From Mobula hypostoma (Eukaryota), in the NCBI RefSeq assembly GCF_963921235.1, contig NC_086108.1, forward strand, positions 81,842,001-81,906,000: 64,000 nt of DNA. Reading direction: 5' to 3'. Position 1 is the stretch's first letter. Each line of letters opens with the position of its first letter. Positions 1-12,800 of the stretch are shown here, in pieces. The notes beneath the pieces are model-generated. The model searched no databases and was not told the origin of the DNA. It saw only the letters and a list, made by a program, of their open reading frames with translations. Both the position numbers and the translations under genes were made by a program.

Positions 1-541
1 CCCGGGACGTCCATGCTTATTTCAGCAGGACAATGCCAGACCACATTCTACACGGGCTACAACAGTGTGGCTTTGTAGACACAGAGTGCGTGTGCTTGAC
101 TGGCCTGCTGCCAGTCCAGATCTATCTCCTATTGAAAATGTATGGCGCATCATGAAGAGGAGAATCAGACAACGGAGATCACGGACTGTTGAGCAGCTGA
201 AGTCTTACATCAAGCAAGAATGGACAACATTTCCAATTGCAAATCTACTACAATTAGTATCCTCAGTTCTAAAATGATTAAAAAGTGTTTTAAAAGGAAA
301 GGTGATGAAACACAATGGTAAACATGCCTCTGTCCCAACTTCTGTTGAGTGTGTTGCAGCCATCAAATTCTAAATTTGTGTATGTTTATAAAATACAATT
401 AAGTTGGTCAGTAAAACTATTGAAAATCTTTTCTTTGTACTTTTGTCAGTTAAATAAAGGTTCACGTGTATTAACATATCACAGATTTTTGTTTTTATTG
501 CATTTTGGAAAATGTCCCAACTTTTCTGGAAATGGGGTTTG
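1..541 (+). mobile_element. Tc1-family DNA transposon, 3' part (transposase C-terminus plus right IR/DR-type terminal repeat)
   Basis: FQQDNARPH...WPAASPDLSPIENVW motifs; terminus ...tgtcccaacttttctggaaatggggtttg followed by TA; inner direct repeat tgtcccaactt near 331. Confidence 0.9.
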
Positions 542-784
542 TAATTGTTGTATCAGTTCCTTCATAAAAAGATCCTTGAGAATCAAAGAATGGTAAATGT
601 TGGTGAACATACGTGCTAAGTAATTGGCATCTTTACTGTTAGGTAAGTAATTGATAGAACTTATTTTACAGGTTGTTGCAGACAAGTATGCATCTGTGAA
701 AATCATACCATTTCAAATTGAAAGGAAATCACTTTGACATTTAATAAAATAATACACTTTTTGATTATTTTTTATTTTTTTCAG

Positions 785-880
785 CTTGGTGGTGAACGTT
801 ATGCAGCGAGATTCCATTCCATCTGAGGTGGATTATGAGACAAGGCAGGGAGTTTATTCAATCTGTCTACAGCTTGCAAG
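785..880 (+). CDS. USP24: USP24 exon 1 of 22 in window ([31 protein letters not shown])
   Basis: poly-T...tcag acceptor, gtgaga donor, 96 nt. Confidence 0.93.
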
Positions 881-3800
881 GTGAGAGCCAATGTACACTA
901 TTACTCAAATAGAATGGAATTATCTACATAGTTGGGGAAGTGCTTGGTGAATAGTGAGTAAGAAAGAGATACGTGTCACATATGTTCTCAAATAATGTAA
1001 TACTGCTTTATGTTCCAAATCCAGAATCAGGTTTATTATCACTAATGTGTCATGAAATTTGTTGTTTTATGGCATTACTACAGAGCAAGAAAAAAGTTAC
1101 TGTAAAATACAATAAACAAGTAAGAGAGCAGTACATCAACATACGGGCGTTAGTCCATGCTAAAATCATTTCAACTGCCTACTTCCATCGACCTGCATTG
1201 GGTCCATAGTCCTCCATACCCCTACCATCCACGTATTTATCCAAACTTCTCTTAAACATTGAAATCAATCTCGCTTGCACCACTTGTGCTGGCAGCTCAT
1301 TCCACACTCCCACAACCCTTAGAAGTTTCCCCTCATGTTCCCCTTAAACTTTTCACCTTTCACCCTTAACTCATGAACTCTGCTTATTGTTCCACCCAAC
1401 CTGTGGAAAAAGCTTGCTTGCATTTACCCTATCTATACCCCTCATAATTTTGTATACCTCTATCAAATCTCCTCTTAATCTTCTGTGTCTTAGGGAATAC
1501 AATCCTAACCTATTGAATCTTTTCCTTATAATTCAGGTCCTCCGGTCCCGGCAACATCTTTGTAAATTTTCTCTGTACTCTTTCAACCTTGTTTACATCT
1601 TTCCTATAGTTAGGTGACCAAAACTCCACACGATACTCCAGATTAGATCTTACCAACGTCTTGTACAGCTTCAGCATAACATCCCATCTCCTGTGCTCAG
1701 TACATTGATTTATGAAGGCCAATGTACCAAAAGCTTTCTTTATGACCCTATCTACTTGTAAAGGCACTTGCAGTGAATTATGAATCTGTCTTCCCAAATC
1801 CCTTTGTTCTACCACAGGCCTTGGTGCCCCACCGTTCACTTTGTAAGACCCACTCTGGTTGGTCCGATCAAAGTGCAGTACCTTGTACTTGTCGGCATTG
1901 AATTCCACCTGCCGTTTTTCAGCCCATTTTTCCAGCTGATGCAGATCCCTCTACAAGCCATGATAGCCTTCCCTGCTGTTACACTACACCCCTAATCTTA
2001 GTATCATCCACAAATTTGTTGATCCAATTAACCACATTATCATCTAGATCATTGATATAGATGACAAACCATAACAGACCCAGCACTGATCCCTGCAGCA
2101 CATCACTATTCACAGGACTCCAGTCAGAGAGTCAGCCATCTACTACCACTCTCTGGCTTCTCCCACAAAGCCAATGCCTAATCCAGTTTACAACCTTATC
2201 TTGAATGCCGAGCGACTGAACCTTCTTGACCAACCTCCCATGCTGCACCTTGTCAAATGCTTTACTAAAGTCCATGTAGACAACATCCACTTTCCTGGTA
2301 TCTTCCTCAATAAAAACTTCATAAGATTGGTTAGACATGACCTACCACACACAAAGCCATGCTGACTATCCTCAATCTGTCCTTGTCTGCCCAAATACTT
2401 ATATATCAGGTCCCTTAGAATACCTTCCAATAACTTTCCCACAACTGATGTCAGACTCACTGGCCTATATTTTCTTGGTTTACATTTAGAGCCTTTTTTA
2501 AACAGCGGAACAACATTGGCTATTCTCCAATCCTCTGGTACCTCTTCTGTCGCTAAGAATGACATAAGTACCTCTGCTAAGGCCCCTGCAATTTCTGCAC
2601 CTTCCTCCAGTAGGGTCAGAGGGAACACATTGTCAGGCCTTGGGGATTTATCCACCCTAATTTGCCTCAGGATAGTAAACACCTCCTCCACTTAATTAGT
2701 ATAGGGTCCATGAAGTTGATGCTGCTTTGCCTCACTTTCATGGACACTTGTCTATCTCCTGACTAAATAGAGATGCAAAAAAATGTATTTAAGATCTCTC
2801 CCATCTGTTTTGGCTCCGCACATGTTTTACCAATTTTGTCCCTTGCAATCCTATCGCTCTTAACATATCTGTAAAATCTCTTGGGTTTCTCCTTCATGTT
2901 GTCTACCAGAGCAACCTCATGCCATCTTTTAGCCCTCCTGATTTTTTTCTTAAGTGTTCTCTTACATCTCTTGTATTCCATAAGCACCTCATTTGTTCCT
3001 ACTTTCCTATACCTGCTATGTACCTCCTTTATTATCTTAAACAGGGCCTCACTATCTCTTCAAAACCAAGGTTCCTTACACTTGTTCTCTTTACCTTTTA
3101 TTCTGACAGGCACATTTTGTCCTCACAAAATTTCACTCTTGAAGGCCTCCCACTTACCAAGTACACCTTTGCCAGAAAACAGCCTGTCCCAATCTTCACA
3201 GATAATTTCTGATGCATCAGAATTGGTCCTTCTCCAATTTAGAATCTCAACCCGCAGACCAGACCTTTCTTTTTGCATATTTACTTTGAAGCTGATGGCA
3301 GTGTGGTCACTAGATGCAAAGTGTTCCCCTACACAAACTTATGTCACCTGTCCTGTCTCATTCCCCAATAGCAGATCCTGTATCGTACGCTTCCTCATTG
3401 GGACTTCTGCATACTGATGAAGGAAACTTTCCTGAGCACATTTGACAAACTCTATCCCATCTAGTCCTTTTACAGAATGGGATTCAGGGTCAATATGTGG
3501 AAAGTTGCTATGCGTCTACTATGCAACCTTCTGTTTCATGCAACAATCCGTGATTTCTCTACAAACTTGTTCCTCTCAATCCCTCGGACTATTGGGTGGT
3601 CTGTAATACAGCCTCATTAACATGGTCATTCTTTTCTTACTTCTCAGTTCCACCAATAACACCTTACTAGATGAATACTCCGGTCTGTCCTGACAGAGCA
3701 CTGCCATGACGTTTTCCCTGACTAGTAACGTCTCTCCCCCCTTTAATTCCTCCCGCTCAGTCACATCTAAAATAACAGAACCTCTGAATTTTGAGCTGCT

Positions 3801-6800
3801 AATCCTGTCCCTCTTGCAACCAATTCTCACTAATGGATACAATTTCATAATTCCAGGTATTGATCCATGACCGGCCTTACCTGCGATACTTCTTGCATTA
3901 GAAACATAGAAAATAGGTGCAGGAGTAGGCCATTCGGCCCTTTGAGCCTGCACCGCCATTCAGTATGATCATGGCTGATCATCCAACTCAGAACCCTACA
4001 CCAGCCTTCCCTCCATACCCCCTGATCCCTTTAGCCACAAGGGCCATATCTAACTCCCTCTTAAATATAGCCAATGAACTGGCCTCAACTGTTTCCTGTG
4101 GCAGAGAATTCCACAGATTCACCACTCTCTGTGTGAAGAAGTTTTTCCTAATCTCGGTTCTAAAAGGCTTCCCCTTTATCCTCAAACTGTGACCCCTCGT
4201 TCTGGACTTCCCCATCATCGGGAACAATCTTCCTGCATCTAGCCTGTCCAATCACTTTAGGATTTTATACGTTTCAATCAGATCCCCCCTCAATCTTCTA
4301 AATTCCAATGAGTATAAGCCCAGTTCATCCAGTCTTTCATCATATGAAAGTCCTGCCATCCCAGGAATCAATCTGGTGAACCTTCTTTGTACTCCCTCTA
4401 TGGCAAGAATGTCTTTCCTCAAATTAGGGGACCAAAACTGCACACAGTACTACAGGTGTGGTCTCACCAAGGCCTTGTACAACTGCAGTAGTACCTCCCT
4501 GCTCCTGTACTCGAATCCTCTTGCTATAAATGCCAGCATACCATTCGCCTTTTTCACCGCCTGCTGTACCTGCATGCCCACTTTCAATGACTGGTGTATA
4601 ATGACACCCAGGTCTCGTTGCACCTCCCCTTTTCCTAATCGGCTACCATTCAGATAATAATCTGTTTTCCTGTTTTTGCCACCAAAGTGGATAACTTCAC
4701 ATTTATCCACATTAAATTGCATCTGCCATGAACTTGCCCACTCACCTAACCTATTCAAGTCACCCTGCATCCTGTTAGCATCCTCCTCACAGCTAACACT
4801 GCCGCCCAGCTTCGTGTCATCCGCAAACTTGGAGATGCTGCATTTAATTCCCTCATCCAAGTCATTAATATATATTGTAAACAACTGGGGTCCCAGCACT
4901 GAGCCTTGCGGTACCCCACTAGTCACTGCCTGCCATTCTGAAAAGGTCCCGTTTATTCCCACTCTTTGCTTCCTGTCTGCCAAACAACTCTCTATCCACG
5001 TCAATACCTTACCCCCAGTACCGTGTGCTTTAAGTTTGCACACTAATCTCCTGTGTGGGACCTTGTCAAAAGCCTTTTGAAAATCCAAATATACCACATC
5101 CACTGGTTCTCCCCTATCCACTCTACTAGTTACATCCTCAAAAAATTCTATGAGATTCGTCAGCCATGATTTTCCTTTCACAAATCCATGCTGACTTTGT
5201 CCGATGATGTCACCGCTTTCCAAATGTGCTGTTATCACATCTTTGATAACTGACTCTCGCAGTTACCCCACCACCAATGTTAGGCTAACCGGTCTATAAT
5301 TCCCTGGCTTCTCTCTCCCTCCTTTTTTAAAAATTGAGGTTACATTATCCACCCTCCAATCCTCAGGAACTAGTCCAGAATCTGAAGAGTTTTGAAAAAT
5401 TATCACTAACGCAGCCACTATTTCTTGGGCTACTTCCTTAAGCACTCTGGGATGCAGACCATCTGGCCCTGGGGATTTATCTGCCTTCAATCCCTTCAAT
5501 TTCCCTAACACCACTTCCCTACTAACATGTATTTCGCTCAGTTCCTCCATCTCACTGGACCCTCTGTCCCCTACTTTTTCCGGAAGATTATTTATGTCCT
5601 CCTTAGTGAAGACAGAGCCAAAGTAGTTATTCAATTGGTCTGCCATGTCCTTGCTCCCCATAATCAATGCACCTGTTTCTGTCTGTAGGGGACCTACATT
5701 TGTCTTAACCAATCTTTTTCTTTTCACATTTCTATAAAAGCTTTTACAGTCAGTTTTTATGTTCCCTGCCAGTTTTCTCTCATAATCTTTTTTCCCCTTC
5801 CTAATTAAGCCCTTTGTCCTCCTCGGCTGAACTCTGAATTTCTCCCAGTCCTCAGGTGAGCCACTTTTTCTGGCTAATTTGTATGCTGCTTCTTTGGAAT
5901 TGATACTATCCCTAATTTCCCTTGTCAGTCACGGGTGCACTACCTTCCTTGATTTATTCTTTTGCCAAACTGGGATGAACAATTGTTGTAGTTCATCCAC
6001 GCGATCTTTAAATGCTTGCCATTGCATATCCACTGTCAACTCTTTAAGTGTCATTTGCCAGTCTATCTTAGCTAATTCACGTCTCATACCTTCAAAGTTA
6101 CCCTTCTTTAAGTTCAGAACCTTTGTTTCTGAATTAACTATGTCATTCTCCATCTTAATGAAGAATTCCACCATATTATGGTCGCTGTTACCCAAGGGGC
6201 CTCTCACGACAAGATTGCTAATTAACCCTTCTTCATTGCTCAATACCCAGTCCAGAATAGCCTGCTCTCTGGTTGGATCCTCGACATGTTGGTTCAAAAA
6301 ACCATCCCGCATACATTCCAAGAAATCCTCTTCCTCAGCAGCCTTACCAATTTGGTTCACCCAATCTACATGTAGTTTGAAGTCACCCATTATAACTGCT
6401 GTTCCTTTATTGCACACATTTCTAATTTCCTGTTTAATACCATCCCCAACCTCACTACTACTGTTAGGTGGCCTGTACACAACTCCCACCAGTGATTTCT
6501 GCCCCTTAGTGTTATGCAGCTCTACCCATATCGATTCCACATCTTCCCGGCTTATGTCCTTCCTTTTTATTGCGTTAATCTCCTCTCTAACCAGCAACGC
6601 CACCCCACCTCCTTTTCTTTCATGTCTATCCCTCCTGAATATTGAATATCCCTGAATGTTGAGCTCCCATCCTTGGTCACCCTGGAGCCATGTCTCTGTG
6701 ATCCCAACTATATCATATTCATTAATAACAATCTGCACCTTTAATTCATCCACCTTGTTACGAATGCTCCTTGCATTGACACACAAAGCCTTCAGGCGCG

Positions 6801-9800
6801 CTTTTACAACTCTCTTAGCCCTTATACAATTATGTTGAAAAGTGGCTCTTTTTGATGCTTGCCCTGGATTTGTCGGCCTGCCACTTTTACTTTTCACCTT
6901 ACTACTTTTTGCTTCTACCCTCATTTTACACCCCTCTGTCTCTCTGCACTGGTTCCCATCCCCCTGTTGTGAATTAACCTCCTCTCGCCTAGCCTCTTTA
7001 ATTTGATTCCCACCCCCCAACCATTCTAGTTTGAAGTCAACTCAGTAGCCCTCGCTAATCTCCCTGCCGGGATATTGGTCCCCCTAGGATTCAAGTGTAA
7101 TCCGTCCTTTTTGTACAGGTCACGCCTGCGCCAAAAGGGGTCCCAATGATCCAAAAACTTGAATCCCTACCCCCGCTCCAATCCTTCAGCCACGCATTTA
7201 TCCTCCACCTCATTGCATTCCTACTCTCACTGTCGCGTGGCACAGGCAGTAATCCTGAGATTACTACCTTTGCGGTTCTTTTTCTCAACTCCCTTCCTAG
7301 CTCCCTTTATTTTCCTTTCAGGACCTCTTCCCTTTTCCTACCTATGTCATTGGTACCTATATGTACCATGACCTCTGGCTCCTCACCCTCCAACTTCAGG
7401 ATATCTTGGACACGATCAGAAATATCCCGGACCCTGGCACCAGGGAGGCAAACTACCATCCGGGTCTCTGGACTGCATCCACAGAATCCCCTATCTGACC
7501 CCCTTACTATCGAGTCCCCTATTACAACTGCCCTCCTCTTCCTTTCCCTACCCTTCTGAGCTACAGGGCTGGACTCTATGCCGGAGGCACGGCCATTGTC
7601 GCTTCCCCCAGGTAAGCTGTCCCCCCCAACAGTACTCAAACAGGAGTACCTATTGACAAGGGGCACAGCCACTGGGGTACTCTCTATTACCTGACTCTTC
7701 CCCTTCCCCCTCCTAACCGTGACCCACTGGTCTGCCTCCCATGGCCCCGGTGTGACCACCTGCCTGTAACTCCTCTCTATCACCTCCTCACTCTCCCTGA
7801 CCAGATGAAGGTCATCGAGCTGCAGCTCCAGTTCCCTAACGCGGTCCCTTAGGAGCTGCATCTCGGCGCACCTGGCACAGATGTGGACGTCCGGGAGGCT
7901 TGGAGACTCCAGGGCCTCCCACATCCTGCACCGAGAACAACAAACTGCCCTCACACTCATACTGCCCCTCTCCTCAAATAACAACAAAAAATGAATACCA
8001 AACCTTCCTCGCCTCGCCCATTTCTGCCTAAGCCCAGTGAGCCGAAGCCCTTAAGCCTTCACTGTGCTCCTGGCTCACTCCGCTGCCCGCTGTATGAGGC
8101 TCTGTTCCTTTTAAATCTTCCGCGCTTCGCTGCCCGACGTCACACGCCTGCACAGTCCCGCCTCTCTGAACGCCGATGGAAAAAAAAACGAAAAATTCAA
8201 AAATGCCTTCCTCCGCACTCCCACTCAGACTCTCAGACTTCCTTCTTCGAATTCCTTCCTTCTTTCAATGCATTGAAATGTCTCAGCTCAGAACACAATT
8301 TGCACCATGCTCAACCTTTTAATTCCTGACTTTGTCTGAGATCTTAACAACATCTGTTTCCGCAACCTCTCCACCAGTTGTTCTGGCACTCTGGTTCCCA
8401 TCCCCCTGCAACTCTAGTTTAAACCCCACCACGCAGCATTAGCAAACCTTCCCTCTAGGATATTAGCTCCCCTCCAGTTCAAATGCAAGCAGTCTCTCTT
8501 CTTTACAAGTCCAACTTTCACTGGAAGAGAGCCGGATGAACCAAAAATCTGTCCTTCCTCCTATGCCAACTCGTTAGCCACTTGTTAAACTGTATAATCT
8601 TCCTAGTACTGGCCTCACTAGCAGGTGGCACAGGTGGCAATCCTGAGACCATAACCCTGAGGGTCCTGCTCTTTAACTTCGCACATAACTCCCTGAATTC
8701 CCTTTGCTGAACCTCGTCACTTGTCCTACCTACATCTTTGGTACCTATATGGACATGACCTCTGCCTGTTCACCTTTCCAATTAAGAATGCTGAAGACTC
8801 GATCCAAGATGTCCCGGGCACCCAGGAGGCAACATACCATCTGGGAGTCTTGTTCTTGCCCACAGAATGTCCTTTCTGTTTCCTTGCTAATGAATCCCCT
8901 ATCACCATAGCATGCCTCTTCTCCCCCCCATTCCCTTCTGGGTCACAGAGCCAGACTCAGTGCAGAGACCCGACCGCTGTGACTTCCCTCTGCTAGGTCA
9001 TTCTCTCCCCCCCCCCCCCCACCCCAACAGTATCCAAAGTGACATGCCTGTTGTTGAGTGGGATGGCCACAGGGGTACTCTGCACTGGCTCCTTAACCCC
9101 TTTCCCCTTCCTGTCACCCAGTTTCCTCTGTCCTGCACCTTGGGTGTAACTACCTCTCTACATGTCATATCTATCACCCCCTCAGCCTCACGACTGATCC
9201 GGAGTTCATCCAGTTCCAGCTCCAACTCCGTATCACAGATTGTTAGAAGCTGCGGCTGGATGCACTTCTCGCAGTTGTAGTCATCAGGGACACTGGAGGT
9301 TTCCCTGCCTTTTCACATCCTGTAAGAGGAGCATTCCACTCTCCTGCCTGGTATCTCTACTGTTGCAATTGAACAAATGTAAAGAATGTGGGGAAGAAAA
9401 AAATCTCTACCTACAGCTTTTCTTTTTTTTTTGCCTTCTCTGACTGAAGTCTGTCTTTGCTGAAGCCTCAAAGAGCTAAAGCCTCTAAATCTCCACTCCA
9501 ACTCTGTCCATTCCACCATATTTGCTCTGCTTGCCCCCACCTTCCTTTAATTTGTTCTTGCTAATCAATCACAAACGCTGATTGATCACTGGTCAAAGCT
9601 CCAACAACATAAACTGCTGCAAGTTGCTGCCTTTTATAGTCGGTCAGCGAAACTGAGTGAAATTCTATCCTCTCAAGCTGCTGATCTCCAGATTGGTCGC
9701 TGGTCAAAGCTCCAATTGGGTGGTTTGTGCAAAATAGTGCAAAGGAGAAATAATGACATAGCATTCATGAACTGTGCAGAAATCTGATGATGGAAGGAAT

Positions 9801-12800
9801 GATTTTGTGATCTCCCTTCTAATTTTTCTGGTCATGGCTTCAAATTAGTGTGCTCTGGCTTTTGTCCCTTTAGCCATTTGAAACAACTTTCTGTTGTTTA
9901 CTATTCCCTAATGTTTTTAAAAACAAACTGCTGGAAATACACAGCAAGTCAAGTAGTATAACGAAAAATAATCTTTCAAAAGGTGCTCGAACTTTTCTCC
10001 CATTTTAACTAAAGGAAATTCATTAAGGTGGAACTGTTAGAATGCATTATTGCAATCTTCCTCCTTCAACCCTGTCAGTCAGACTTAGCCATTGGCGGTG
10101 ACAGTGAGGAACACGATGTTCTCCCCTGAGAATTCAAATTTTTAACTTGAAAGGCTGTCGCAAAACCTTCCTCAGCAGGATGGCATAAGATCAGTGCATT
10201 TTATTTAACATATACATTAATAGATTGAAACAAACTGCTATCCAAACAAAATGAGGAAGTTATACCTTTCAAGGTCATAAGTTGAAATTTTTAGTTTTTG
10301 CTATGCTTTGTGTAACCATAGAAACCACAGCACAGAAACAGGCCTTTTGGCCCTTCTTGGCTGTGCCAAACCATTTTCTGCCTAGTCCCACTGACCTGCA
10401 CACGGACCATATCCCTCCGTACACCTCCCATCCATGTATCTGTCCAATTTATTCTTAAATGTTAAAAAAGAACCCGCATTTACCACCTCATCTGGCAGCT
10501 CATTCCATACTTCCACCACTCTCTGTGTGAAGAAGCCCCCCCTAATGTTCCCTTTAAACCTTTCCCCCCTCACCCTTAACCCATGTCCTCTGGTTTTTTT
10601 CTCCCCTAGCCTCAGTGGAAAAAGCCTGCTTGCATTCACTCTATCTGTACCTATCATAATTTTATATACCTCTATCAAATCACCCCTCATTCTTCTACGC
10701 TTCAGGGAATAAAGTCCTAACCTATTCAACCTTTCTCTGTAACTGAGTTTCTCAAGTCCCGGCAATATCCTTGTAAACCTTCTCTGCACTCTTTCAACCT
10801 TATTTATATCCTTCCTGTAATTTGGTGACCAATACTGAACACAATACTCCAGATTCGGCCTCACCAATGTCTTATACAGATCAATGTAGATCAATTTATT
10901 CTGAGCTCTTTGTATATCCAACATGGATTTTGCCACAGTCTATGAAAATGAAGGCATGAGATTATTTTGGATAACATTTGCAACTTTTGGGACTCTTCAT
11001 ACCCACTATAATCCACCATGCTAACGGATTCCTTCTTCAGGTTTCTGCTAGTTGGCCAGACCATGCCTTCTACATTAGATGATGATTTCCTTAAAGATGG
11101 AATGGAAGCACTGTCCTCGCGCCCATTTCGTAATGTTAGTCGGCAGACCAGTCGGCAGCTGTCAATGTGTGGTGGGCAAGAAAAATCAACGATGAGACAG
11201 ATGAGTGTGACATCAGATCGGTCATCGATAAGAATCGAGGAAATAATACCTGCAGCCAGAGTGGCAATACAGGCAAGTCAAATCAGGAACATTTATTTTT
11301 ACTGAGTACAATTTATAACACAAATATTTGTGCATTAATTTCACTGGTATTCATCTTTTGAAAATGCAGCATGTTTAATGGGAATTTAATGATATGAGCT
11401 AGATGTGTTCCCTCAAAGTTTTATTTCCTTTCCACGGGCCAACTGTAAACCTGGTAAAGTGTGCTTCAAACTTAGAATGGAAATACGATCATTCTGCTTA
11501 CCACTCTTGGACAAGAACTAAGAAAAGATTTCTTTTAATTTTGCTTTCAGTCTAATTTCCAGATTAGGATTCTTCAATCATATAATTGGGGATTACAAAC
11601 TTCCAACAGCTCTTGCTTAAAGTCAGAGCCTGTCATTGAGCTCATCCTGTAATTTTGATAATTCTGCTCAAGCACTGAACTATTGTAACTGCCATCTTGA
11701 AACTGCTGAACATTGACTTTTCCATTGAAGTGACTGGTCTCTGCTAGCATTTGGTCCAGTATCAGTCAGGGTGCGACTTGTGTACTTTTGATATGCTGAC
11801 CAACCATATTTAATTTTTGTGTTGCAGACAATGGAGGTGAATGATTTCACCTCAACGGTGGCCTGTTTCATGAGACTGACTTGGGCAGCAGCAGCTGGGC
11901 GTCTTGACCTGGTGGGGAGCTGCCAGCCAATTCGAGAGAGTACCAATTGTTTATTTTCTGTTGGTATTCGGAATAGACTCAGCAGTTCAGGTGAGCATAT
12001 CTCAAGCTCTTTAAGCTTTGTCATCTATTAACTGTTTTGCTTTTGTAGATTACCAGAGTAATAGATTGACGAATTAGATATGAAGACAAGTTATGAAAAT
12101 CTATTTTGGTCGATAATCTATGAAAATTCGGTTGCTATGATGACCTATGCAAATTCTGACAGAAGTGACAAAATGCGTTACTTAACAGTTCTCTGAATCC
12201 TTATCTTTATTTTTCTGTTGTCTCCACAGCTACTATTTTAGTCATGGTGAATTTGGAAGTAATATGATTGTAGAGCTTTCTCAATATTGTTCTTGCAGTT
12301 ATACCCCTTGATTTGTTTCCCTCTTCAAACTTAGATGTTTATCCACTCTGCGGTTCACTTCTCTGGTATGGAAAAAAAAATGTAATTTTGGTATTTGATG
12401 AACTGCAATGTTTAGATAGAATGTAATTGTAGGGTTCCCAACCTTTTTTTTAATACCATGGACCCCTACCATTAACTGAGGGATCTGTGGACCCCAGCTT
12501 GGGGAACCCCTATTAAAAAGAGAAACAGCACAACACCTCAATATGCTGAGTCTATATTGATCATCAAGTACCTTTTTATTTTACACTTACCCTATCCTAA
12601 CTTGACTCCTCTCACCCCAGCCATTCTTTCTTTTCTCCTCTTCCATCGGGCAGAAGATACAAAAGCTTGCGAGAATATGCCACCGGGCTCAAGTATAGCT
12701 TTTATTCCGCTATTATCATTGATAATTGGTTTATTTAGTCACATGTACCATGATACAGTGGAAAAACTTAATTTTCCAAGCCATACATACAGATCATAAC

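Larger units (their letters stand above)
1021..9810 (-). mobile_element. Short Rex/Babar-type LINE 3' tail, split into 1021-1122 and 9727-9810 by the CR1 insertion
   Basis: agaatcaggtttattatcact head as at 13031 and 17097; the sequence after ...aacaagta (gtgcaaaa...) resumes at 9727. Confidence 0.6.

Noticed and set aside
5879..6655. 258-aa plus-strand ORF and similar ones (2881-3417, 4676-5080, 36626-37027)
   Set aside because: Antisense shadows of CR1 ORF2 with no independent protein motifs.
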